In this document: positions 6,396 through 15,398 of the stretch, piece by piece
How positions within the stretch are numbered: the first letter of the stretch is position 1
How the letters are laid out: the number at the start of each line of letters is the position of its first letter
DNA from: a virus
Taxonomy: Duplodnaviria; Caudoviricetes
Length of the DNA stretch: 39,596 nucleotides
Reading direction: 5' to 3' (one strand)
Virus record (IMG/VR): IMGVR_UViG_3300040971_000006
Location: 1-39,596 of that record
Made by a program: the position numbers and the translations under genes
The notes under the pieces: model-generated
Databases searched by the model: none
What the model was told of the DNA's origin: nothing
Seen by the model: only the letters and a program-made list of their open reading frames with translations

Positions 6396-7953
6396 CATTG
6401 ACGAGATTAAACAGGCCCTACGTGACTACGATAAGCCACAGGAGATAGCAACTGCTCTTGGCGTATCTATTCGCACAGTGCAGCGGTGGAAGTCCCGCCT
6501 TCGCAGAGCAGAGGAAGACAGCCTACCAGAGTTCAGTGGTACGGTACAGGCCCCTGATCGTAGACGCGAACCGCTGTACGGAAGGAGATTCGTGTTCACC
6601 TGTGCGCAGAACAACACTCCAGTTCACCAAAGATTCTTCGGTGCTTTGCAGGAGTTTTGCAGAGACAAGTCAGCTCGGCTGGTCGTTGCTCCAATTACGT
6701 ATAACAAGGAAGGATTCCAGAACATCGACAAGACACGGGATGGCCTGTTGTACGATTCCTGCGTCGAGCGTTATTTCCTTCCAGTAAGCGCCGAAGTTTC
6801 GAGCGGCTCAGATAACTGTACTCCGTTGGTGTGGTGCGGGGAGTTGGATATCCTCCCGACAGCGGTGCGCCCTTTGACAGGGCTGGAATCGTACACACGA
6901 GAGGCAAGTGCTATCATCCCGCATACCAAGTTGGCGATGCAGAGTGTGGCTACCTCGGGTGACAAGTGCAAGTTCCTGTACACAACCGGGACATGTACAC
7001 TTAGGAACTACATACCGCGTAAGACAGGCCAGAAGGCGGACTTCCATCACACCTTTGGGGCACTGTACGTAGAGCTGCTGCCTAACGGGTCGTGGTTCGT
7101 ACGTCAGCTTGTGGCCTCTGAGATCGGCGATTTCTATGATTTGGATAAGCATTACACAGCCGAGGGCGTGACAAGTGGGCACGCTGTAGCCGCTGTGACC
7201 TTGGGTGACATACACGCCCCTAGACACGACCTTGTTGCATTGGGTGCAGCTCAGGCTATGCTCGAAGTGCTTCAGCCACAGTACGTAGTTCTGCATGATG
7301 TGTTAGACTTCTTCAGTCGTAGTCATTGGAACATCAAAGACGTGCACTTCATGCATAAGGCGCAGCATGCGGGAACTAAGGTTCAGGATGAGGTGCAGGC
7401 TGCTGCTAATGTGATCCAGAACCTGAAGAGTGTGCTTCCGCGTAGTACGATTAAGCTGGCCCCTAGCAATCATCCTTACGCACTGTACAAGTGGTTGCAG
7501 AATCCAGATGGTGCTAAGGACTTCCTTAATGCGATGTATTGGCATCGTGCTAATTTGCTGTACCTTTACATGCTAGAACATGAAGATGCAGACCTTGACA
7601 GCTCTAAATTACTTTATGTTCTTTTGAATAATGAAGGGGCAGGGTTGTCTAAGACGGACGTACTCGGACCGAAAGATTCGCTGGTAGTACAGGGTGTAGA
7701 GCTTGGCATGCATGGGCATCTTGGGCCTAACGGGGCTAGAGGTTCAGTGCAGAATCTTAATGCAGTAGGGAAGTGCACGATTGGGCATGTGCACGCTGCA
7801 AGTATTCGTGATGGTGTGTTCAGTGCTGGAGTGACCAGCAAGTTAGACCTCGACTACAATCGGGGACCAAGCAACTGGAGTCATAGTCATGTCGTGCAGT
7901 ACAAAAATGGTAAGAGATGTATTGTTAGCACCGTCGGATACGACTGGAGATGA
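6385..7953 (+). CDS. T5 A1-like protein (calcineurin-like metallophosphoesterase/nuclease) with an N-terminal HTH
   Basis: Recognised T5 A1 blocks: GRRFVFT.AQNNT, YNKEGFQN, TGTCTLRNYI..KTGQKA..H.FGAL, GDIHA, HDV.DF.SR, SNH, HGH.G.NG.RG, GH.H; N-terminal QEIATALGVSIRTVQRWK HTH. Confidence 0.88.
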   Translation: MRYSIDEIKQALRDYDKPQEIATALGVSIRTVQRWKSRLRRAEEDSLPEFSGTVQAPDRRREPLYGRRFVFTCAQNNTPVHQRFFGALQEFCRDKSARLVVAPITYNKEGFQNIDKTRDGLLYDSCVERYFLPVSAEVSSGSDNCTPLVWCGELDILPTAVRPLTGLESYTREASAIIPHTKLAMQSVATSGDKCKFLYTTGTCTLRNYIPRKTGQKADFHHTFGALYVELLPNGSWFVRQLVASEIGDFYDLDKHYTAEGVTSGHAVAAVTLGDIHAPRHDLVALGAAQAMLEVLQPQYVVLHDVLDFFSRSHWNIKDVHFMHKAQHAGTKVQDEVQAAANVIQNLKSVLPRSTIKLAPSNHPYALYKWLQNPDGAKDFLNAMYWHRANLLYLYMLEHEDADLDSSKLLYVLLNNEGAGLSKTDVLGPKDSLVVQGVELGMHGHLGPNGARGSVQNLNAVGKCTIGHVHAASIRDGVFSAGVTSKLDLDYNRGPSNWSHSHVVQYKNGKRCIVSTVGYDWR

Positions 7954-8407
7954 GGCGCTGAAGTATGATGACGGTAAGCCTAAGCTGAGCTTACTTGATC
8001 CTGATATGCTGGTGTGCTTGATGCCTGCTGATACGCATCGTGATATTGTTGCTATAGCTAGGCAGGTGTGCTTTGTAGGGCACTGTGGAGAAATCAACAG
8101 CATCACATTCCAGTGTGCGTCTGCTATAGCTAAGATCAGAGACTTTATTGGCTCAGAGCACGCCATCAAATTCTGCTGCATGGGCCTTGAGTACGGGATG
8201 CAGAAGTACCACAGGAACAACTGGAAGACTGGCTTCACTTGGAGCAGGCTGATCGACGCTGCCCTGCGGCACATCGTACTCGGTGTAGCACAGGGTGAGG
8301 ATATTGATCCAGAGTCAGGGAATCCGCATTGGGGGCACGCTCTGTGCATGCTCATGTTCTTGCAGCATGGGCTGGACTGCCACGAGGACAAGAACGATAT
8401 ATTCTAG
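7889..8407 (+). CDS. dATP/dGTP diphosphohydrolase domain protein (DUF5664); start uncertain (7889 or 7907)
   Basis: KYDDGKPKLSLL, YG.QKY..NNWK.G, SRLIDAALRH, GEDIDPESG.PH..HA family motifs. Confidence 0.85.
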   Translation: MSCSTKMVRDVLLAPSDTTGDEALKYDDGKPKLSLLDPDMLVCLMPADTHRDIVAIARQVCFVGHCGEINSITFQCASAIAKIRDFIGSEHAIKFCCMGLEYGMQKYHRNNWKTGFTWSRLIDAALRHIVLGVAQGEDIDPESGNPHWGHALCMLMFLQHGLDCHEDKNDIF

Positions 8408-8415
8408 GAGGACGT

Positions 8416-8586
8416 ATGTGCTACACCGGGATGTGCAAGTACGAGAACTGGCACGGAGACTGCCGGGCCTCGTCTGCACAGAGGGCTAAGGATTGTTTCT
8501 TGAGTGATGACTACGAAACAGAACAAGAAGAGCAGGAGGACGCTGATGCCGAGAGTACAGATGCCGAAGATGCAACCGACGAATGA
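8416..8586 (+). CDS. Small four-Cys protein with a highly acidic tail
   Basis: AGGAGG SD before ATG 8416; MCYTGMC..C..C followed by a D/E-rich tail. Confidence 0.65.
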   Translation: MCYTGMCKYENWHGDCRASSAQRAKDCFLSDDYETEQEEQEDADAESTDAEDATDE

Positions 8587-8779
8587 TTACTTTGACTGCC
8601 CGTTTAACTACGAGCACAACATGCAGTGCCACGAGGAGTGCGACTGCTTGGGCTGTAAGTATCAGAACAATGCAGGCTTCTACGAACCGTGCGCAAGCTG
8701 CCGCAGTATCGGCGGGACTGAGTGCAACCGAGTGTCTGTGAACTTAGAGCGCATGCCCCAGCCGCATGAGAGGTGCTAA
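8546..8779 (+). CDS. Small Cys-rich (Zn/Fe-binding) protein
   Basis: AGGAGG SD before ATG 8546; CxCxxC..EPCxxC..C pattern. Confidence 0.6.
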   Translation: MPRVQMPKMQPTNDYFDCPFNYEHNMQCHEECDCLGCKYQNNAGFYEPCASCRSIGGTECNRVSVNLERMPQPHERC

Positions 8780-8780
8780 T

Positions 8781-9614
8781 ATGTCCGATGTAATGCAGCT
8801 CTGTAAGAACTATGACCCAAAAAAGATTAGCTTTCCAGTTTTGGTATCAGAAAAATTGGACGGGGTTCCGGGCGTTTACACTAAGCAGGCCCTCGTATCC
8901 AGACAGAACAAACCTCTACTGGGTGTACAGTGGATACATGATCTGCTGTGCAACTACATCCCGTACGGGTACACTGTCATCGGAGAGCATTACGAGAAAG
9001 GTAAGCCCTTCAAGTACATCAGTGGTAAGGTACGTAAGAACGAACCGTACGAGGAGGCGCACCTGTACCTGTTCGACTTCATAGAGCCGGGGTTTGACCA
9101 TGATTTCATGACTCGGTATGAGAACATGCGACAGTGGCACTACTTCCTCCCACAGCATGTGCGAGATGTGGTGCATGTGATTCCTCAGAGTGTGTGTCAT
9201 AGCGATGTGTGTGTTGACAACTTCGTGTTTGCTCTCGAAGAGGACGGTGGACATGAGGGTGCTGTAGTGCGTAACTTGTACGGGAAGTTCACACTGACCC
9301 GCTCATGGGATAGTCAGAAGATTGTGTTCGATGACTTGCTTGATCTGCGTGTGTGCGGGATAGAGGAAGCGGTCAGTCAGGATGGTGAAATGAAGGGCAT
9401 GGTTGGCGCTCTGTACGTAGAGTACAAGGGGGCTATTGTTAAAATAGGTGCTGGTAAGTTGTCACACACAGAGCGCAAGTTGATCTGGGACAACCCGGCG
9501 TTGTACATTGGTAACATCTGTAAGGTCAAAGCTAAGGTTGACCCCACGTACGACAAACTCAGACAGCCTACGTTCCAAGCGTGGCATGAGGACAAAGATG
9601 AGCCAGACGCCTGA
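8781..9614 (+). CDS. ATP-dependent DNA ligase
   Basis: Adenylation motif EKLDG, GE, FD, EGAVVR; C-terminal OB fold ending LRQPTF. Confidence 0.92.
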   Translation: MSDVMQLCKNYDPKKISFPVLVSEKLDGVPGVYTKQALVSRQNKPLLGVQWIHDLLCNYIPYGYTVIGEHYEKGKPFKYISGKVRKNEPYEEAHLYLFDFIEPGFDHDFMTRYENMRQWHYFLPQHVRDVVHVIPQSVCHSDVCVDNFVFALEEDGGHEGAVVRNLYGKFTLTRSWDSQKIVFDDLLDLRVCGIEEAVSQDGEMKGMVGALYVEYKGAIVKIGAGKLSHTERKLIWDNPALYIGNICKVKAKVDPTYDKLRQPTFQAWHEDKDEPDA

Positions 9615-11916
9615 GCTTCAACTAGGTAAGTACTTGATATGGGACTTGGAGTGCGGGACAGAGAAGGGCTTCAAGACAAAGAGTAATCCTTTCATGCTCG
9701 ATGAAGAGGGGAACTATAGCAATGCAGTGTACTACAACGGATACAGACGGTGGGACGACTACCAAAACAGGGCGTATTACAACCGTGAACCTAAGTTTGG
9801 GCTTGGTCGTAGGCTGCCTGACGGTTTTCTGGATGACATTGACGTGGTTGTTGGTTTCAATGTTCTAGGCTACGATGCAATGTTCTATTGGGATGATCCC
9901 CAATGGTTAGAGTTCATAGATAGAGGCGGGCGTGTGCATGACTGTCAGTACGCTGAGTACCTGCTCATGGCACAGCATCAGAAGGCACAGATGTGCAGCT
10001 TGAATGACTGCGCTGTAAAGTACGGTGGAGAAGTTAAGCTGGATGTTATTGGCGAGATGTGGAAGGCTGGTATCAAGACGTACGATATCCCTGAAGACCT
10101 CATGCTTGAGTACCTGATCGGGAAGGACAATCAGGGCGGTGACATTGGCAATACTCTGCTGGTGTACAAAGGTCAGGTTGAACGCCTGAATCAGTTGCGT
10201 ATGCAGAGGGCATGGCAACTTCGTATGGATGGAATGCTCTGCACCTCATGTATGCGCTTCAAGGGTATCAAGGTTGACACAGTAAAGGCAGAGGAGCTGC
10301 TGGCTGAGCTGACCACTGAGCAGGATGCTTTGCATGAGAAGCTGTTGCAATACCTGCCTACTGACCTGCCTCCCGAGATCGAGTGGAAATGGAGCAACAG
10401 ACAGAAGTCTGCGATCCTATTCGGTGGGGCACTACCTTATCAACGGCGTGGTCCTGTACTGGATGAAGAGGGTAACGAGTGTTACACCAAAGAGAAAGAG
10501 GATAGGTACTTGTGGCAGGGCCGTCCTGTCCCCCCTATCCTAATGACTGACAAGCATGGTGTGTTCAAATCCAAAAACGGTATGCTGTACGAGTGCGACA
10601 AGTTCCTTGGGGGTAAGCGTAAAGGCGAGTACAAGACCAAGAAGGTGGATGTACCCGGTAAGCTGAAGACCAAGCTGTACGACTACTTGTATCACCTACC
10701 GCGCATGGTAACGCCTGATCCTGAGTGGGCAACGAATACTAAGGACAGGGCTGGGAATATAGTGTACAGTACTGGTGATGAGCAGATGGAAGCCTTACAG
10801 CATGTGGGTATTCCGTTCTGCACAGACCTCAGCAGGTACGCTGCTCTCATCAAAGAGATCGGAACGTACTATCGCAGAGACAAGGGTGATGGCGAAGTGG
10901 GCATGCTCACACTGGTACAGCCTTGGGATAACATCCTGCATCATAGGTTGAACCATACCCTCACAGTCACTACCCGGCTGTCGTCATCTGATCCGAACAT
11001 GCAGAACTTGCCCAGAAAGGACAAGTCGAAGGTAAAGCAGATGTTCGTGTCCCGCTTCGGAGAAGATGGGGTAATGATCGAGGCTGACTACAGCCAGCTT
11101 GAAGTGGTGGGACTTGGTGTATTAACAAACGATAAGCACTTACGTGAAGATTTGAACAAGGGTATAGACTTTCACTGTAAAAGAGTTGCTGCTAGATTTG
11201 GATGTTCTTATGAGGATGCAGTTGAGTGGTGTAAGAACGAACATTTTGCTGACTATAAGCTGTGGAAGGAAAGACGTACTGAGTGCAAGGTCTTTAGCTT
11301 TCAGAAACAATATGGTGCTGGTGCGAAGAAAATCAGTGCTACGACAGGCATCAGCTTAGAAGCTGTGGAGGCAATGATAGTCGCTGAAGATGCTATGTAT
11401 CCAGGTGTACCTAAGTTCCATGCTGATGTGCAGCGGAGTATAGAGCGCACGGCTAGACCGTTCTTTGATCCTGTACTTGGCATGGCTTGTAAGCGGGGGT
11501 ACTGGCAGTCACCTACTGGCACACTGTACGGCTTCCGTTCGTACCCTGCCCCGGCTTACTTAAAGAAGCAGGGTATCATGGATTCGTTCATGCCTACTGA
11601 GATTAAGAACTACCCTACGCAGGGAGAGTCTGGATTCTTTGTGCAGGCTGTGCTTGGTAAACTCATAAGGCACTTCATCAAGTGCGGCTTCTACGGTGGT
11701 AAGGCTTACCTTGTGAATACCGTGCATGATTGTATCTGGGTGGATTGTCACAAGGATGTGCTGCATGCAGTAGCTGAGGATGTTAAGCGAATCATGCAGA
11801 GCATACCACAGATGTTCAACGCCATCTTTGATATGAAGATCGACGTTCCCTTTCCTGTTGAGGTGGAAGTGGGAGCTAATATGTACGACCTCACGCACTA
11901 TAACAAGGATCACTAA
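9598..11916 (+). CDS. Family A DNA polymerase with 3'-5' exonuclease
   Basis: Exonuclease WDLE and GFN..YD; TTRLSSSDPNMQNLP; motif A DYSQLE; motif B RTECKVFSFQKQYG; motif C TVHD; GAGGA SD before ATG 9598. Confidence 0.96.
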   Translation: MSQTPELQLGKYLIWDLECGTEKGFKTKSNPFMLDEEGNYSNAVYYNGYRRWDDYQNRAYYNREPKFGLGRRLPDGFLDDIDVVVGFNVLGYDAMFYWDDPQWLEFIDRGGRVHDCQYAEYLLMAQHQKAQMCSLNDCAVKYGGEVKLDVIGEMWKAGIKTYDIPEDLMLEYLIGKDNQGGDIGNTLLVYKGQVERLNQLRMQRAWQLRMDGMLCTSCMRFKGIKVDTVKAEELLAELTTEQDALHEKLLQYLPTDLPPEIEWKWSNRQKSAILFGGALPYQRRGPVLDEEGNECYTKEKEDRYLWQGRPVPPILMTDKHGVFKSKNGMLYECDKFLGGKRKGEYKTKKVDVPGKLKTKLYDYLYHLPRMVTPDPEWATNTKDRAGNIVYSTGDEQMEALQHVGIPFCTDLSRYAALIKEIGTYYRRDKGDGEVGMLTLVQPWDNILHHRLNHTLTVTTRLSSSDPNMQNLPRKDKSKVKQMFVSRFGEDGVMIEADYSQLEVVGLGVLTNDKHLREDLNKGIDFHCKRVAARFGCSYEDAVEWCKNEHFADYKLWKERRTECKVFSFQKQYGAGAKKISATTGISLEAVEAMIVAEDAMYPGVPKFHADVQRSIERTARPFFDPVLGMACKRGYWQSPTGTLYGFRSYPAPAYLKKQGIMDSFMPTEIKNYPTQGESGFFVQAVLGKLIRHFIKCGFYGGKAYLVNTVHDCIWVDCHKDVLHAVAEDVKRIMQSIPQMFNAIFDMKIDVPFPVEVEVGANMYDLTHYNKDH

Positions 11917-13808
11917 TGTTTAGAACCGACTACCAAGAGTTCATTTACAAGCGGACATACGCGAGGTACTTGGATGAAGAGGGGAGGCGGGAGGACTGGC
12001 AAGAGACAGTAGCACGATACCACAACTTCATCCAAGATCGTGTGCCAGCGCATCTACTGAAAGATTGGTACAATGCGTGCATGAGCATCGAAGAGCTGGA
12101 AGTGATGCCAAGTATGCGCGCACTATGGACAGCCGGGCCTGCTGCTGCAAGAGATAACCTTAGCATGTACAACTGTGCGTATAAGGAGATGAGCAGCATA
12201 AGAGCCTTTGCTGAAGTGCTACATGTCCTAATGAATGGTACAGGTGTGGGCTTCTCGGTGGAGAGGCAGTTTGTGAATCAGCTCCCAGTGGTCCCTGTGC
12301 TTGAGCCAGACCCGACTAGAAAGGTCGTGGTACAGGATTCCAAGGAAGGCTGGGCTAGGGCGTACCTGTCGCTCCTGAACAGCCTGTACGCTGGCCTGCT
12401 GCCTGAGTATGACGTCAGCAAGGTCCGGCCTGCCGGGGCTAGGCTGAAGATATTCGGAGGCCGTGCGTCTGGCCCTGAGCCTCTGCTGGACCTGTTCCAG
12501 TTTACCGTCCGGGTATTCCAAGGGGCTGCTGGCCGGAAGCTGTCTAGCCTTGAAGTGCACGACATAACCTGTAAGATAGCGAACATTGTGGTATCAGGCG
12601 GTGTGCGAAGAAGCGCATGCATAAGTCTGAGTAACCTGTCAGATGATCGTATGGCTAATGCAAAGCATGGTATGTTCTGGGAGCAGAACCCACAGCGCCA
12701 GTTAGCTAACAACTCAGTGTGCTATACTGAGAAACCAGACCCGGAACGCTTCATTGAAGAGTGGCTTGCACTTATCAGAAGTAAGAGCGGTGAGCGTGGC
12801 ATCTTCAATCGAGAGTCGGCTAAGTTCATTGTGCAGCAGACTGGGCGCAGAGATCCTAAACATGACTTCGGATGTAATCCATGCAGCGAGATATTGCTGC
12901 GCTCTGCCGAGGTATGTAACTTGTCTGAGGTTGTTATAAGGCCGCATGATACACTTGATGATCTGAAGCGTAAGGTGCGAGATGCAACGATCCTTGGGAT
13001 TATGCAGAGCACGTACACAGACTTCAAGTTTGTGGGTAGAGAGTGGAAGCGTAACTGTGAGGAAGAGCGTCTGCTTGGTGTGTCACTTACTGGACTGCGA
13101 GATCATCCAGTGCTTGGTAGGACTAGCACCGAGGCGCGGCTGATGCTTGCAGCAATGAAGCAGCATGCTGTCGATGTAGCTAAGGAGTGGAGCCAAGCAT
13201 TGGGCATCAACATGCCTGCGGCAATCACATGTGTCAAGCCTAGTGGGTCGGTGTCACAGCTAGTTGATTCAGCCTCTGGCCTGCATCATAGATACAGCTC
13301 GTACTATATCAGGCGGGTAAGGGTAGATGCTGTTGATCCTGTAGCCCAGATGCTCATTGAAGCAGGCGTACCTTACAACCCAGAGGTGGGGCAGCAGCTT
13401 AGCACAGCGCACACGTTGGTGTTTGACTTTCCTATGAAAGCACCTGAGACTGCTGTGCTTAGGGATGAAGAGACGGCCTTGCAGCAGCTTGAGTATTGGC
13501 TCATGCTTCAGACCGCATGGTGTGAGCACAAACCTAGTATCACAGTGTTCGTCAAGGACAGCGAGTGGATGGAGGTAGGGGCATGGGTATATAAGAACTG
13601 GAACTATGTTTCCGGTATCAGCTTCCTTCCGTTCGATGGTGGTGTGTATCCTCTTGCCCCGTATCAGGAGATCACAGAGGACGAGTACAAAGAACTTCAG
13701 CAGAATATGCCAGCACTAGACTTCGGTCAACTATATAAATACGAACAAACAGATTGCACCGTAGGTGGCAAGGAGCTGGCCTGCCACGGTGGAGCTTGCG
13801 AACTTTAA
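11916..13808 (+). CDS. nrdJ: Class II (adenosylcobalamin-dependent) ribonucleotide reductase
   Basis: RTYARY, PSMR.L, YNC, GTGVGFS, GGVRRSA, NPCSEI, CNLSEV, TCVKPSG, C-terminal CHGGACEL; no beta-subunit gene nearby. Confidence 0.93.
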   Translation: MFRTDYQEFIYKRTYARYLDEEGRREDWQETVARYHNFIQDRVPAHLLKDWYNACMSIEELEVMPSMRALWTAGPAAARDNLSMYNCAYKEMSSIRAFAEVLHVLMNGTGVGFSVERQFVNQLPVVPVLEPDPTRKVVVQDSKEGWARAYLSLLNSLYAGLLPEYDVSKVRPAGARLKIFGGRASGPEPLLDLFQFTVRVFQGAAGRKLSSLEVHDITCKIANIVVSGGVRRSACISLSNLSDDRMANAKHGMFWEQNPQRQLANNSVCYTEKPDPERFIEEWLALIRSKSGERGIFNRESAKFIVQQTGRRDPKHDFGCNPCSEILLRSAEVCNLSEVVIRPHDTLDDLKRKVRDATILGIMQSTYTDFKFVGREWKRNCEEERLLGVSLTGLRDHPVLGRTSTEARLMLAAMKQHAVDVAKEWSQALGINMPAAITCVKPSGSVSQLVDSASGLHHRYSSYYIRRVRVDAVDPVAQMLIEAGVPYNPEVGQQLSTAHTLVFDFPMKAPETAVLRDEETALQQLEYWLMLQTAWCEHKPSITVFVKDSEWMEVGAWVYKNWNYVSGISFLPFDGGVYPLAPYQEITEDEYKELQQNMPALDFGQLYKYEQTDCTVGGKELACHGGACEL

Positions 13809-13824
13809 CCCGGAGGATTAAGAC

Positions 13825-14688
13825 ATGACTATTGACGTACTTGCATTGGCTAACAAAGCAGCGGAGACAGAGGACCAGTCCAAAGAGACAGCAGGATTTG
13901 AGAAGAAGATGCCTGTACCCGGACTGCGTGGTTGCAGATTCGTAGAGTATATTGAGCTTGGTAAGCATGCAAACAAGAGCACCAAGTTCGGAGCTAAGCC
14001 TCCGGTCGATAAGGTACGCCTGACCTTTGAGCTGCTCGGTAAGAACGACATGGAGCAGATGACAGTAGGACAGGAAACCAAGACCGTTGGTAAGCGCATG
14101 AGCATCACCGTGAACAAGACGCTCTCTGCCAAGGGCGACTTCAAGAAGATTATGAACCTGTTGGATCGTGGCCGTGGTAAGCAGCACATGGCGCAGATGC
14201 TTGGTGAAGCCTTTAAGGTACGGGTGACTGTGACTGCTGAGGATGGTAGCCTGTGTACCGCTGAGAACAAGAAGGAACCCAAGTGGGCTAATCTGTACAC
14301 AGGTACAGTGGATGCCAAGAACTGGTCCTTTGAAGCGCCTACGCACGAAGACCCGGAGACTGGTGAGGTCAAGCAGTTGCGTGTCCTTAGCCCTACCTCT
14401 GAGCTGAAGATATTCCTGTGGGACAATCCGACCTTGGCAACATGGGAGTCCTTGTACATCGACGGCACCCGTGAAGTGAAGCAGGCTGATGGGTCTGTTA
14501 AGACTGAGAGCAAGAACTTCATTCAGGAGATGTGCATGTCTGCTGCGAACTACGAAGGGTCTGCGTTGCAGGCTATGCTGTTGCAGCTTGAGACGGAGAG
14601 CAAGGAGTTCGCCAAGTCCGCCGAGGCTCTGGTAGGCTCTGATGATCCGCTGGCTGACATGCCTGATGTGGATGAAGCACCGTTCTAA
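13825..14688 (+). CDS. Conserved replication-block protein, putative ssDNA-binding protein
   Basis: RFVEYIELGKH motif and position near the polymerase as in phiKMV-like phages; acidic tail ending DVDEAPF, resembling SSB tails. Confidence 0.6.
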   Translation: MTIDVLALANKAAETEDQSKETAGFEKKMPVPGLRGCRFVEYIELGKHANKSTKFGAKPPVDKVRLTFELLGKNDMEQMTVGQETKTVGKRMSITVNKTLSAKGDFKKIMNLLDRGRGKQHMAQMLGEAFKVRVTVTAEDGSLCTAENKKEPKWANLYTGTVDAKNWSFEAPTHEDPETGEVKQLRVLSPTSELKIFLWDNPTLATWESLYIDGTREVKQADGSVKTESKNFIQEMCMSAANYEGSALQAMLLQLETESKEFAKSAEALVGSDDPLADMPDVDEAPF

Positions 14689-14694
14689 ATAACC

Positions 14695-14714
14695 GGGAGG
14701 GCTTCGGCCCTCCT
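14695..14714 (+). promoter_or_regulatory. cUUCGg tetraloop hairpin just upstream of the thyX SD (no U-tail)
   Basis: GGGAGGGC-TTCG-GCCCTCCT. Confidence 0.7.
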
Positions 14715-14729
14715 ACTCAAGGAGGCAGT

Positions 14730-15398
14730 ATGGTTTGGGATTATGTTGAACCAGAGAAGGTGCAGGATACGATTGAAGTTATTGAACCCTCTGTTAAGGT
14801 ATTACAGATGCCCACGTACAGGGAGGCGCTGGATGTTACGGAGCTTGCTGCACGTACTTGCTACAAGTCAGAAGATAAGATCAAGCACGGCTCTGATATT
14901 GCGCTCATAAAGCGATGTATCAAAGATGGGCACGAGAGCGTGTTAGAGCATGTGAGTGTATCCTTACGGTTTATCTGTGACCGTGGGGTGAGCCATGAAC
15001 TTGTACGACATAGGCTTGCGGCTTACAGCCAAGAGAGTACGAGGTACGTGCGATACAACAAGGATAGTATGCAATTCATCCAGCCGTGGTGGTGGAACGG
15101 TACATTAGACGACGATGATCTGCGTGACAAAGTGTATGAGTACTTCCTACTGTCCGCCGACTTGTATCAGACTATGCTTGATTGTGGTAAGGCCCCACAA
15201 GCTGCAAGAGCTGTGCTTCCCAATGCTGTCAAGACAGAGGTAGTGATGACTGCTAATCTCAGGGAGTGGCGTCATGTATTCAAGCTGCGTACAAGTAAGG
15301 CGGCACATCCTGACATGCGTCGTATCATGCTGATAGCATTGTCTGCTATGAAGATGATGCTTCCTGTGTTCTTTGAAGACATCAACACGGAGGAGTAA
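14730..15398 (+). CDS. thyX: Flavin-dependent thymidylate synthase
   Basis: AARTCYKS, GHESVLEH, RHR-x4-SQESTRY, ARAVLPN, NLREW.H..KLR. Confidence 0.95.
   Translation: MVWDYVEPEKVQDTIEVIEPSVKVLQMPTYREALDVTELAARTCYKSEDKIKHGSDIALIKRCIKDGHESVLEHVSVSLRFICDRGVSHELVRHRLAAYSQESTRYVRYNKDSMQFIQPWWWNGTLDDDDLRDKVYEYFLLSADLYQTMLDCGKAPQAARAVLPNAVKTEVVMTANLREWRHVFKLRTSKAAHPDMRRIMLIALSAMKMMLPVFFEDINTEE

Noticed and set aside
7889-11916. Possible Z-genome (2-aminoadenine) or 7-deazaguanine DNA modification
   Set aside because: DUF5664 is present, but no PurZ, DatZ-like HD hydrolase, DpdA or Que/FolE genes are visible in the window
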